From Octopus vulgaris (lineage: Eukaryota): a stretch of 64,000 nucleotides of DNA. Below the pieces are notes generated by a model. It worked only from the letters and a program-made list of their open reading frames with translations. It did no database searches and was not told the DNA's origin. Every line of letters starts with the position of its first letter. Within the stretch, counting starts at the first letter, position 1. Made by a program: the position numbers and the translations under genes. Below are positions 26,742 to 40,395 of this stretch, piece by piece. The stretch lies in contig OX597831.1 in NCBI GenBank assembly GCA_951406725.2, forward strand, positions 73,780,001 to 73,844,000. The letters are read 5' to 3'.

Positions 26742-26754
26742 CTTTTTATTATTA

Positions 26755-26790
26755 TCAGCTCGAGAGCTGTGGCCGTGCTGGAGCGACTCC
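26755..26790 (-). mobile_element. Extreme 3'-tail remnant of the CR1/L2-group LINE or a partner SINE
   Basis: Reverse complement GCTCCAGCACGGCCACAGCTCTCGAGCTGA matches the LINE tail 18254-18292; next to (TA)n. Confidence 0.6.
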
Positions 26791-27245
26791 TTTATACTTA
26801 TATATGTACTCCCCCACACAAAGTCACACACACACATATGAAATACGTATATACATGTGTGTGTATGTGTGTGTGTGTGTGTGTATATGTACATATGATG
26901 TATGCGTATATGCATATGTATTATGCATATAAATATATATATCTATATATACACATATATGCATGTATGTCTACGCATATAACACACACGCATGCACATA
27001 TTCAAACGACTGACACAAATTAATTACAAACTTTACTTTCGATCGCATTGTTTACACAGGCATATTCGTAAACAAACTCGCGTAACTTTCTGTGCTGGCT
27101 CTAGTTTCTATGGAATATTCGTGCAGATAATTTCAAAAAGCCATTAACACGAAGAGTCGCATAGACGCACAGTTTTATTGAGATGGACGTATAGACATCA
27201 CACATACAAACATAAACATAAACAGCCATATAGACATACATATAT

Positions 27246-27507
27246 TACTCTTTACTCTTTTACTTGTTTCAGTCATTTGACTGCGGCCATGCTGGAGCAC
27301 CGCCTTTAGTCGAGCAATTCGACCCTGGGTCTTATTCTTTGTAAGCCCAGTACTTATTCTATCGGTCTCTTTTGCCGAACCGCTAAGTAACGGGGACGTA
27401 AACACACCAGCATCGGTTGTCAAGCGATGTTGGGGGGGGGGGACAAACACAGACACACAAACACATACACACATATATATATATATATACATATATACGA
27501 CAGGCTT
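27246..27507 (-). mobile_element. SINE family A 3' part
   Basis: Reverse complement of the family A tail. Confidence 0.9.
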
Positions 27508-27929
27508 CATACATTCATATGCATAGGCGCATACATAATTGCATACACACATACAGACGCACGAACACAAACACAACTATAGACGTATATACTACATGCC
27601 TATCCACAATCCACAACTATGTGTTTACAGACACGCATATATACACACACTCGCATGTGCACACTCACACACGTACTCTCACACATATTTATACGTGCAT
27701 ACATACACACACACACATATATATATGCATACACATATACGCACATTCATATGCACACACATCCACATTCACATACACACACATATATATACATACACAT
27801 ACACACAGTCATATAAACACATCCACATCCACATACACATAAGCACACACACACACATACAAATACATTCATATATATATGCACATATGTACATGCAGAG
27901 TCACACATAGACGTAAATGCGTACATTGG

Positions 27930-27988
<59 letters not shown>

Positions 27989-28269
27989 CCATGCCGACGC
28001 AGAAAAGTTTGTTCAATGTTTGTGTCTGTGATATGTTGCAGACACAGACGTTTACCAGACTATCGCAGACACATTTACCAAACTTTCTGAATTCTTTATT
28101 TTCCTAATATTTCATGGGTTCCCATAGCAACACTTCATCTCATCGCTTCTTCTAGGGCTTTGTTATGTTTTGCTTCCTTTTTTTTTTTCATTTAAACAAT
28201 ATTTTCACTAAGACTTTACTCTCAAGAAACAATTATGTTAACAGTTCTGTTAAGAAATGCAAGTAAAAT

Positions 28270-28308
<39 letters not shown>

Positions 28309-28315
28309 GTGTATG

Positions 28316-28352
<37 letters not shown>

Positions 28353-28360
28353 ACATATAC

Positions 28361-28432
<72 letters not shown>

Positions 28433-28744
28433 TTAAACACACGCGCACACACACACATGTGTATACATCTCCATTCATATACGTACATATAGGTATCTGT
28501 TTATTATAAACTGTCAGGAAAAAGAGTGCTCAATACCATGAAAGAGATTAATGATATATTTTACGTGGGTTGAGTCTGTTTCTTGCTAACCTGAATTTCA
28601 TGCGTAGAGCCTTCAGGCAAGTTGTCTTCAAGCAAGCTGCGACTGATACGTTTAACACATTCATACACGGTCATAGTTTTCGAGTCATAAGGTATGGTGG
28701 TGGGGAGAAAGTATGATTAATGCGGATATATATATAAAGAAATA

Positions 28745-29110
28745 CATGGGACAAGAACACAAAACATCCAGACAATTAGATGATACAAAAAGGGGACAAC
28801 AAAACATCCAGACAATTAGATGATGCAAAAAGGGGACAACAAAACATCCAGATATATGATACAAAAAAGGGACAAGAAAAAACAAGGTCGGGTCATTCGG
28901 GGTTTTCTTTCCTCAGTCGAGTTCCAGATTATCTTTTCAATTTCGGCTGGTTATACTCGAGATTGCTCCAATCTGGCCAGCCCCAAGGAGAAATTAAGCT
29001 AAGAACACTAGATTCTTTTAAAGAAAGCAGCGAATGTATACGAAAACAAGGACGGAAAAAACGGAGAAATGGTACACAAATATAAATGCAAATAACAGGA
29101 CATCAACAAC
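28745..29110. mobile_element. Short repeat family P1 (Penelope pLTR-like) with a 40-bp x3 internal tandem
   Basis: AAAACATCCAGA at 28761, 28801, 28841; body matches 37757-37990. Confidence 0.6.
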
Positions 29111-29396
29111 AGGTGTCTTTCGACTAAGGACGAATTAAATTAAGCTGGCGTGTTTGGAAGTGAAGCCTTACGGCAGGAACATAAGAGATGGTAGGCATGT
29201 GTAAGAATATAGATGTTGCACGGATGGTAGTCGAACCAAGAAAGAAAGGTCATATGTATAATATAAATTGGACATGGGCGATCGTTGCATTCTTTCTTGT
29301 CTTGAGGTTCACAGCCAAACGGCTGGGTGGATTCGCATGAAAAATGGCACACATGTGGAGACGGGTGCATAGGTTGGAATGCGGTTTGTAATTTTT

Positions 29397-30270
29397 TCCG
29401 TGGCTCTTCAGTACGACCGTTCTAATTCAATATAATTTGCAGAACTATACACGAGTTGTCCTCATAAAATTTAGCGCGCCAGAGCTGAGACATTTGAAAA
29501 TAATCCCACTGTAAACGGTAGAACTGTACACACGTCTTTTTACGTTTTTACGTAAGTAAAGTAGTTAATGACGAAACCGGTCTACGATTAATTCTTTATT
29601 TTGTATGTTTTTATTTGTCTTACCCGCTTAGGTTCTGGTCTTTGCTGAATTTTTCTAGAGAAAATTCTTTTCTTTGTGGTTAGATCGTAGGTTATCTATT
29701 TCTAGCATATTGGATGTCCACTTAGTGGTCATTCCTTCTTATACTCATGTAATACAATTTTTCTGAATTTTCAGATTTTTCTATATGCTAGGTCACTGGT
29801 TTTAAATAAATGTTAATTAAATTAATATTCAATTTATCACCCTCATTATTTAAATTTTAAATAATTATGTTCTCTAACCGGCAACATTCACTGCAGTGAA
29901 TTATCTTCTGCAGAACTGTTTCCGGGATTTAGCGCGCCAGAGCTGAGACATTTGAAAATAACACCAATGTAATCGGTAGCGCTGTACACACGTCTAATTT
30001 TATGAGGACAACTCGTGTATAGTTCTGCAAATTATATTGAATTAGAACGGTCGTACTGAAGAGCCACGGACGTTTTTACGTGAGTAAAGTAGTTAATGTT
30101 GAAACCGATCTACGATTAATTCTTTATTTTGTATATTTTCATTTGTCTTACCCGCTTATATTCTGGTGTTTGCTGAATTTTTCTAGAGAACATTCTTTTC
30201 TTTATGGTTAGATCGCGGGTGATCTATTTCTAGCATATTGGATGTCCACTTAGTGGTCATCTCTTCTTAT
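29397..30270 (+). mobile_element. Penelope-like pLTR tandem with inverted segment and hammerhead-like motif
   Basis: Direct repeat ~29470-29745 / ~29927-30270; perfect 75-bp inverted repeat 29397-29471 / 29996-30070; hammerhead core at 30051-30115. Confidence 0.65.
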
Positions 30271-30400
30271 ACGCATATATATATATATATATACATATAT
30301 ATATACATATATATATACATATACATTTATACATATACATATATAGTTGAAATTTACAGAAAAACAAAAGACGAAGAGACACATACGGACATCTGTGTGC

Positions 30401-30458
<58 letters not shown>

Positions 30459-30967
30459 TGTGTGTGCATGTATAAGTGTGTTTAAACTGAATCATACACT
30501 CTGCTATACGAACCGAAAATTCTCCGCACGCCATGCCACGCACAAACACTCCACCCTCTCTTTCTTTGATGTGCAAAGATTGTATTTTTGCGCATTGAAT
30601 TTCGGCAGATTTCCATTAAGGGATGAATATTTCAGAAGTAAGTCTTTGACTCTCTGGATCAGAATGGAATACAATGCAATAGACATTTCTTTAATCCTGA
30701 CACACACTAGAAGAATGTTATCGGAAGAATCGGAAGAACTTCTGTGAAGCTTGGTAGTATTGTAAGTTTGGTGTCTGTGGAATGCAAGTTGTTGATTTAG
30801 AGGGGAGCTATATACAAACATACATCCATACACAGACACACATACATACACACATACATACACACATACATACACAAACATACATACACACGCGCGCGTA
30901 CGCACGCACACATATATGTATACACACACACACATATATATATACATATATATATGTATGTATTTAT

Positions 30968-31054
<87 letters not shown>

Positions 31055-31055
31055 T

Positions 31056-31280
31056 GGAGGCGCGTAGCTTAGTGGTTAGTGTGTCAGCAACATGATCGAA
31101 AGATTGTGGTTTCGATTCCTGGACCGGGCGACGCGTTGTGTTCTTGAGTAAAACACTTCATTTCACGTTGCTCCAGTCCACTCGACTGGCAAAAATAAGT
31201 AACGCTGGGGAACACATACACTATAGAAACCGGGAAACCGGGCCCACGAGCCTGGCTAGGCTTTAAAAAGGCGCATTTAT
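31056..31280 (+). mobile_element. SINE family E (tRNA head; tail shared with the adjacent SINE C copy)
   Basis: TAGCTTAGTGG A box, GTTTCGATTCC B box; tail GGGGAACACATAC..CTGGCTAGGCTT. Confidence 0.8.
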
Positions 31281-31285
31281 TTTGT

Positions 31286-31590
31286 GGAGGCGCAATGGCC
31301 CAGTGGTTAGGGCAGCGGACTCGCGGTCGGAGGATCGCGGTTTCGATTCCCAGACCGGGCGTTGCGTGTGTTTATTAAGCGAAAAAACCTAAAAGCACCA
31401 CGAGGCTCCTGCACGGGGTGGTGGCAACTCCTGTTGTACTCTTTCGCCACAACTTTCTCTCACTCTCTCTCTTCCTGTTTCTTGAGTAACGCTACGATGG
31501 ACTGGCGTCCTGTCCAGCTGGGGGGAACACATACGCCACAGAAGCCGGGAAACCGAGCCCATGAGTCTGGCTAGGCTTGAAAAGGGCGAC
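31286..31590 (+). mobile_element. SINE family C head with tail type 2
   Basis: Head as 15261-15644; tail GATGGACTGGCGTCCTGTCCAG..CTGGCTAGGCTT. Confidence 0.88.
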
Positions 31591-31709
31591 GTTTATATAT
31601 ATATATATATATATATACCCCCACACCCACGCGGTTATCATTATACATCCCTTGACGTATAAAGTATTTATAGAGACCGGTTAATTCTGCCGCCAAGAAC
31701 GAGTCTTTA

Positions 31710-32134
31710 TCTTTTAATCTTTTACCTCTTACTTACTTCAATCATTAGACTGCGGCCATGCTGGGGCACCGCCTTGAAGAATTTTTAGTTGAATGTTTCG
31801 ACACTAGGACGTATTTTTTTAAAGTGTGGTACTTATTGTATCGGCCTGTTTGGCCGAACCGTTCGGTTACGGAGACGTAAACACACCAGCACCGGTTGTC
31901 AAGACGTAGTGGTGGTTGGGACAAACACAAACAGAAAGGCACAAATACAAAGACGTATATATACATATACACGACGGGCTTCTTTCAGTTTCCGCTTACC
32001 AAATCCACTCACAAGGTTTTAGTCGGCCCGTGGCTATGGTAGAAGACACTTGCTCAAAGTGCCACGCAGTAGGACTGAACCCGGGACCATGTGGTTGGTA
32101 AGCGAGCTTCTTACCACACAGCTACGCCTGCGCC
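31710..32134 (-). mobile_element. SINE family A, full length, older variant
   Basis: Reverse complement of family A. Confidence 0.9.
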
Positions 32135-32231
32135 TAAATAATTTATTTTTTGTATTAATTTCCAGCTGCAAAAGTAGTATTGTGTTATAGGATCGAACCC
32201 GGAACAGAAGCAGATGTCAGCGAAGGGACAT

Positions 32232-32665
32232 TTATTCTTTTCTACTCTAGGCACAAGGCCTGAAGTTTTGATGGAGGGGCCCAGTCGATTAGATCGACCC
32301 CAGTACGCAAGTGGTACTTAATTTATCGACCCCGAAAGGATGAAAGGCAAAGTCGACCTCGGCGGAATTTGAACTCACAACGTAACGGCAGACTAAATAC
32401 CGCTCAGCATTTCGCCCGGCGTGCTAACGTTTCGGCCAGCTCGACGCCTTAAGAGACCTTCATTATCACACATCTATACCTATTTCTTTATTACCCACAA
32501 GGGGCTAAATATAGAGGGGACAAACAAGGACAGACATAGGTATTAAGTCGATTACATCGACCCCAGTGCATAACTGGTGCTTAATTTATCGACCCCGAAA
32601 GGATGAAAGGCAAAGTCGACCTCGGCGGAATTTGAACTCACAACGTAACGGCAGACTAAATACCT
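32232..32665 (-). mobile_element. SINE family B, full copy plus adjacent extra unit
   Basis: 32232-32450 head to tail; 32477-32665 near-identical internal unit. Confidence 0.9.
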
Positions 32666-33067
32666 GTGTCTATGATTGCTCCATGCAGTGTGTGTGTGTG
32701 TGTGTGTGGTGTGGCGTCTGATGGATGTATACACATAATTTTTTCTTTGTTTGTTTGTTTGTTTGCTCGTGTGTGTGTGTGTGTGTATCTGTGTTGGTGT
32801 GAAGTGCATTGACGGGTGTTCGCGTGTTTCGATGAGAGCCTGTATGTGTATAACTTTGTGTGTATATGTGTGTGTGTGTGTGCATGTGTGAGCGCGCATC
32901 TTTGTGCGCGTTGATGTATGCGTGTATATGCGTGTATGTGTTAATGTATGTACGTGTACGTGCGATGTGTGTGCATGTGTGTGTGTGCGTGCGCGCGCCC
33001 GTATGTGTATAAGCTATGTATTAATGTGAATGTGTATGTGCATTTTTGTGTGTGAACGTGGGTGTAT

Positions 33068-33120
<53 letters not shown>

Positions 33121-33620
33121 AATAAATGTATATGTGTACGATGTGAGTCTATCTTTTCTCTTTGTGTGCGTATATATGTGTATGTAAGTATGCGTGTATG
33201 TGTGTATGTGGGTATGATGTTTGCGTATGTGTATGTATGAGCATGCATATCTTTGAACATGAATACGTATGTAGTGTATATGCGCATGTATGAATGGTAC
33301 ATGAAGAATGGAATAAGATCTGTGGCAGGAACTACAAAAGCTCGTCTTTTTAAAGAATCCATCATAATCGGTTCTGTGTACCATTATGGTTTAAGTCTGT
33401 CAAAGACTTCCAGGAGATTCTTCAAGGGAAACAAGCAAGCTTACTACTGTTGGCCGCTTTGTACGAATAAAGAATCTCTCAGAATAATAATGGTAAGCAC
33501 CAGCGTCTTGAGGAGTTTCTGCTTAATTACCAGCATCTCTTTAGAAATGGTTAAGTACGAATACTTTGTACGTGTGTGTGTGCTTGTATAAGTACATATA
33601 TATACATACACACATATACG

Positions 33621-33654
<34 letters not shown>

Positions 33655-34045
33655 GAATGTATATACATATATAAATCTATCTCCCTCTCTCCTTCCCTTT
33701 CTCTCCTTCCTCTCCCACACTCTTTCTATTTATATCACTGTGAGCACCCACATTCCCACTTATACACACACTCACACACCCGTAAACGCGCGTACGCGCT
33801 CAAAAGTGTATTGAGACCTTCATAAGTAAACTTCTACAGCAATGTCACTTTCTATCCATCAATTCCTTTCTTTCCTAGATTATATAGAATATCTGCAAAT
33901 ATACATACATATATGATACATATATATATTCATACATACATATATATATATATATATATAGAATATGCATAACATACATACACACAAAAATACATATATA
34001 TCTCTTCTTGTAAGCATATTTATATGCATGCATCTAGTGTATATA

Positions 34046-34077
<32 letters not shown>

Positions 34078-34159
34078 AATATATATATATATATGAATAA
34101 ATAAATATATATATATATATATATACACACACGCACATATATATAGATATATATATACA

Positions 34160-34209
<50 letters not shown>

Positions 34210-34311
34210 TATATATATATGTATTTATAATTATTATTTGAGGGAATAAAATCCAAACTTACAAGGAAAAAAATTCAATTTAGAAATACTAAATCAAATT
34301 TCACACAATAT

Positions 34312-34654
34312 AATATATATATAAAAATTAGAAATAAAACCACCTTTTATCAATTCAAAATGAACAATTAAATTACACCATCTAGAAAATTACATATAAT
34401 AGAAATATTAAAATTAAAATAAAAAAACGTAAATGATATGTAAATTGCAAAAAAAAAAAAAAAATAAAAAACGTATATAATTGTTATTCTACCAATTATA
34501 TACGTTTTTATTATTTTTTTGCAATTTACTTATTGACATTTTTTATTTTTAATTTTAATATTTCTATTATATGTAATTTTCTAGATGGTGTAATTTAATT
34601 GTTCATTTTGAATTGATAAAAGGTGTTTTTTTTTCTAATTTTTATATATATATT
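34312..34654. repeat. Long AT-rich fold-back, ~165-bp arms, 9-nt loop
   Basis: Imperfect inverted arms about the loop TTATTCTAC at 34484-34492. Confidence 0.92.
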
Positions 34655-34679
34655 TATATATATCTATATATATTCTTTT

Positions 34680-34830
34680 ATTTGTTTTTCCTCTCAATCC
34701 CTTCTGTCGACGACCGTAGGCTCGAAGCGTCAAAAACCTTTCTCTTCTTCCTGTTCATCAAACTAATACGCCTACTGGTTGTTCCCTCACCTGTTACCGT
34801 GTTTTGTTTTCTGTAAATTTCTGTAAATAT
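34680..34830 (+). mobile_element. Family P2 pLTR-like copy, degenerate hammerhead-like motif
   Basis: CTGTCGACGACCGTAGGCTCGAAGCGTC homologous to 16793-16830. Confidence 0.45.
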
Positions 34831-35106
34831 ATAACAAAGTAAAGTTGTATGGTACCGCATGAGTGAAAAACTATATATGAAAGAATGTTTGAAAAAACAA
34901 AGGTCTTTTAGAAGTGTGTATTGACTTGACCGGTTTCACTTTTTTAGGAAAACATTATCAAAAGTACAATGTAAAGCTTTGTATAAGCTTTGTTGTGTTA
35001 AAAATGTAGCTACACACAAGACAGAAAATGTCAGACAGACAGGTCAGTTATTCCTCTCCAATTATATATGTATATATATTATTATCTATCTATCTATCTA
35101 TGTATG

Positions 35107-35225
<119 letters not shown>

Positions 35226-35240
35226 ATATATATATATATA

Positions 35241-35525
35241 TGGCGGCGCAATGACACAGTCGTTAGGGCAGTAAACTCGCGGTTGTAGGATCGCGGTTTC
35301 GATTCCCAGACCGTGTGTTGTGAGTGTTTATTGAGCAAAAACACCTAAAGCTCAACGAGGCTGCTGCAGCGGGTGGCAGCGATCCCTGCTGCACTTTTCG
35401 CCACAACTTTCTCTCACTCTTTCTTCTGTTGACCTGCTCGCTCAGCCAGTGGGATGGCTTCATTTGAAGGCTAAAAAACAATGTGAAGCGCATTGTGACC
35501 AGCAATGTGTAGCAACATCTGATAT
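35241..35525 (+). mobile_element. SINE family C head with tail type 3
   Basis: Head homologous to family C; tail GAAGCGCATTGTGACCAGCAATGTGTAGCAACATCTGAT differs. Confidence 0.85.
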
Positions 35526-36119
35526 TTAAGTTGTTTCCGTCAAGCATTTTAACTTACTAAAACCTAAATGTGTGTCCTACATAGTCAAAGATGAGAGAAA
35601 TTGAACAAACAGAAAGTGTTTCAGATATACCACAGAAAGAAAATGTATTTGTGTTTAGCTCCTCATTTATCTTCGGTGACAAACATTTTTGCTTCCGCCT
35701 TCGTTTCTTGGAGCGGAAACTCAATGATTCGTGTGTCGAAGCTCTGCATAGCAATCGGTCACGTCGAATGAGATATAATAGCGTCAAGGACAACAGAATG
35801 TACTGAATCAGACGACATTATATCTAAATGGATTACTACTGTTTAATGAGTTGGCGTTAAACACTGTTAAACTCAGAATAAAATTTATGAGGGGTTATTT
35901 ATTTATGAGGCAGCGAGACACACTTCGGCTCCTCAGACTCATCTTAACTGGTTCAGACAAAGAGTATTCTTCACTTAAAAGTGCTCAAAATGTAATTAAA
36001 AATTAAACGGGACTCACGTAACCGTAGTTAGTGACTGATAAATATATACAGATGCAGACGACCGTATGGAAACAGAAGACAAGAAGGAGACAGCGAAAGA
36101 GAAAGAGAAAGAAAAAGGA

Positions 36120-36152
<33 letters not shown>

Positions 36153-37586
36153 AGAAAATAAAGGAGGAGAAAAAGTGATAGAGGAATAGTAGGAGTAATG
36201 CTTGGGTCAGTTGTTTTGTGGTGAGAGTAATGGAAGGAGTGTATAATCGAAGGAGATGCTGTGGAGGCATATCTATTTAGCTATCTGATAATGGTAATAT
36301 CGATCTGTTCAGTTGTGTTCAGTGATGCGTAGACAGGGCAAAACGTCTTAGATTCCGCCATCTTGCCGCGATAACCTGTTAACGCCTTTATCACTTCGTT
36401 GCCAGCTACAAGGACAGTTTCGACTGGCGTTTCGTAACTTTGATATCACGCTTCAGTGACTTTGGTACTCTGAGGGAGGACGTGTGTGAGTAGGTGTATG
36501 TGTGTGTGTCTGTATGAGTGTGTTTGTGTGCGTAGTGAGTAGGTATGTGTAGATGCGTGTAGGAGTGAGTCTAGATGTATATATGTGTATGTATGTTTGA
36601 GCGTGTAGTTATATATGTGTGGGTGAACGTGGGTGTTTATTAGAGTATGCTAGTGTGCGCATGTGTGTAAAGGTGGTTGTATGTGTGTGTGTATCTATGT
36701 ATGTGTGTATGTGTGTATGTGCGTGTGTGTGTGTGTAGGTATTTATTTACGTTGATATGTGTAGTTGCTTACTAGCGTCTGTGTACGTATGTGTCTTGGC
36801 ATGTGTATGTGTGTGTGTATATGTGTTCGTGTGAGTGTGAAAGTGTTTATTTCTGCGTGTGTGTGGGTGTGTGTGTGTGCGTGTGTGTGAGTGCACGCAA
36901 TCACGTGTGTATCCATGTATGTGTGTGAGTGTGTCTGTCGGTGGTCATTACTATATGTGTGTGTGTGTTGATATTTGTATGTGTGTATGTATGCAGGTGT
37001 ATTGCGTGTATAAGTATATAACTAAATGCCCGAGTGTGTGCGTGGTTGTGTGTATGTGTGTATGTGTGTGTGTGTGTGTGTGTGCGTGTGTATGTGTGCG
37101 TTCATATGTGTTGCATTGATAGAAGTTTGTGTGTTAATATGTAAGTAGGTGTTTATGAATGTGTTTAGATGCTGATGTGTGTTTAGAAGTTTGTGGGTTC
37201 ATATAACTATGTGTAAGTGTGTGTGTGTGCGTCTGTGTGTGTGCACGTGTGTGTGTGAAAGGTACCATAATGTATTCTTGTATGTGTCTGTACGTGTATA
37301 TATGTGTGTGTATGCTAGGATGTGTATGTGGACATATATATATAATGCAAGGGAGTGTGCATTTGTGAGTGTGTATATGTGTGTGTCTGTGCATGCAAAA
37401 AGTAATAGGTATGAGTGTGTGTATAGCGGTCTGTTTGTAGAGCTGTATGTGTGCGTGTATGTGTATGTATATCAACAACTGTAAGAAGCCGTTTGTGTGT
37501 GTGTATATGTGTGAGTGTGTATCGGTGATCTTTCGTCTAAATATTTTGGCACAGTTATATGATCGGTATTTTTAGTATGTAAATAA

Positions 37587-37736
<150 letters not shown>

Positions 37737-37756
37737 GTATGTATATATAAATACAA

Positions 37757-37990
37757 ACTGGGACAAGAACGCATAACATTTAGGAGATGATACAAAAAAA
37801 CACGGACGGGTCATTCGAAGGCTTCAATCTTCAGTCAAGAACCGGATCATCTTCGCAATTTCGGCTGATTAATCTTGAGATTGCTCCAATCTGGCCAGCC
37901 CCAAGGAAAAACTAAGCTAAGCGCATTAGATTCCTTGGAAGAAAGCTTCGAATGTATACGAAGCAAGGACGTAAAATGGACGATGTTACA
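37757..37990. mobile_element. Short repeat family P1
   Basis: GAGATTGCTCCAATCTGGCCAGCCCCAAGGA identical to the 28959-28990 region; flanked by TA/TATG arrays. Confidence 0.65.
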
Positions 37991-38145
37991 CGACTATGAA
38001 TACATATATATATGTACGTATGTATGTATGTATGTATGTATGTATGTATGTATGTATGTATGTATGTATGTATGTATGTATGTATGTATATATATATATA
38101 TATATACGTATACACATATAGTCATATATATAATATATATAAATA

Positions 38146-38540
38146 GGCGTAGGAGTGGCTGTGTGGTAAGTAGCTTGCTTACCAACCACATGGTTCCGGG
38201 TTCAGTCCCACTGCGTGGCACCTTGGGCAAGTGTCTACTACTATAGCCTCGGGCCGACCAAAGCCTTGTGAGTGGATTTGGTAGACGGAAACTGAAAGAA
38301 GCCCGTCGTATATATGTATATATATATATGTGTGTGTGCTTGTGTGTCTGTGTTTGTCCCCCAACATCGCTTGACAACCGATGCTGGTGTGTTTACGTCT
38401 CCGTAACTTAGCGGTTCGGTAAAAGAGATTGATAGAATAAGTACTAGGCTTACAAAGAATAAGTCCTGTGGTCGATTTGCTCGACTAAAGGCGGTGCTCC
38501 AGCATGGCCAGAGTCAAATGACTGAAACAAGTAAAAGAGT
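38146..38540 (+). mobile_element. SINE family A, full length
   Basis: Highly similar to other full copies. Confidence 0.92.
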
Positions 38541-38578
38541 ATATATATATATATCAATATACGTACACACATATAGTC

Positions 38579-38620
<42 letters not shown>

Positions 38621-38679
38621 ACACATATAGTCATATATATAGAGGCACATATACATACAAACTTATATGATTATATATG

Positions 38680-38727
<48 letters not shown>

Positions 38728-38749
38728 CATATATAATCATATAAGTTTG

Positions 38750-38802
<53 letters not shown>

Positions 38803-39182
38803 GTATTTATGTATATATATATGTGCGTGTGTGAAAGTGTGTAGAGTAATATGCTTTATTTAAAGGCAGCAGAAGTATAACAAGAGAAGTATATATCAAC
38901 GGCATTGGTCGTGAGCCTGTAATTTGTTCTGCAAACAAGTTCATGGTGTGTTTTTTCCGTTTTGAAGTCAGAGTCTGAAGAATATTAACAACAACAACAA
39001 CCACAACAGTAGCAGCAGCAGCAGCAGCAATAACAATTTCAACAAAAACAGCAACGATACCAATATTAATGAGAATGACGACAATACTCTGACAGTTAAT
39101 AGAATTGAGAATTAGATATTGCATACACACTATACACGCATGCACATACATATACACATACATACATATACACATACATACA

Positions 39183-39218
<36 letters not shown>

Positions 39219-39229
39219 TACACATATTT

Positions 39230-39267
<38 letters not shown>

Positions 39268-39368
39268 ATACGTATATATTACATATACATATGTATTTAT
39301 ATTATGCATGCGTTAATATAAAATAAAATAATAATAATATTAATAATAATATATATACGCATGTATAA

Positions 39369-39399
<31 letters not shown>

Positions 39400-39791
39400 A
39401 CTAATTTTTCCACCGTCTAGGCCTAAAAAAGCCCTTTTTGTTGGTTCCCTGTCCTGTTATTCCTTATTTGTACTGTTTTTTCTACTGTTTTTTCTTCATT
39501 TGTATTGCTTTTACGTCCTGTTCTTGTCACTTGTTTTACCCCTCTGCAAAAGAATTTCATTTAATTCCTTTTGCAGGAAGGACCGTTTCGGCCTGGCCGT
39601 GTTCTGCGCTTACCTTCGAAACACGCAGTGAGTCGAACCAGGGGCAGCTGATGAAGGGGAATTTTCCTTGTATTGTTTGTCCTGTACTCTGTTTTTTCGT
39701 TGTTAAAAAAAAAAAAGTCCGTTTCCTTGTTTGATTTTATGTTTTCGTTTCTCGTTGTGTTCTATGTTTAATTGTGGTGTCCTGTACTCAT

Positions 39792-39829
<38 letters not shown>

Positions 39830-40087
39830 GCTCGTATATATACATGTAGATGTAAGTATGTACATATATGTATGTATATATGCATATATTTTATTTATTT
39901 ATTATATTGTTATTATATATATCTATATACATATATATGCATATACTATGACTTGCATATTTATGAATGAAGCATTCCTGCAGATTCGAACATGAGTATG
40001 CTAATCGCTGTTGCTTTTCCTCACTGAAGAGCAACTTCTTAACGACGAATGCATGTTCATCACACGCTCGATTCTTTAGCTCAAAGA

Positions 40088-40137
40088 ATTCTGGGACACT
40101 TTGTGTTTCGATTTCATTGCGTCTCGTCAGCGAAATG
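40088..40137 (-). ncRNA. Hammerhead-ribozyme-like motif with intact core
   Basis: Minus strand CTGACGA-GA..TC-GAAA-CAC(AAA)GTG-TC; helix I imperfect. Confidence 0.55.
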
Positions 40138-40184
40138 CATTCCGGACTGTTAAACCTTTGCCTAACCACTAGGCTACTGGGACA

Positions 40185-40395
40185 TAAGCTCACTAACACC
40201 GGTTGCCAAATGGTGACAAACATAGACCCCCACCCCACGTCTAGCGTTACTCAGTTTCCGCCTATCATATCCACTCCGAAGGCACCGGTCGACCTGAGGC
40301 GATAGCAGAAGACATTTACCTAAGATGCCACTCACAGGAATTGAACCAAAGAACACGTCGTTGGGAAGCAGACCCCCCCCCAGCCATACCTGCAC
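40185..40395 (-). mobile_element. SINE family A, highly diverged
   Basis: ACACCGGTTGCCAA..CAGTTTCCG..GCAGAAGACATTT. Confidence 0.65.
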
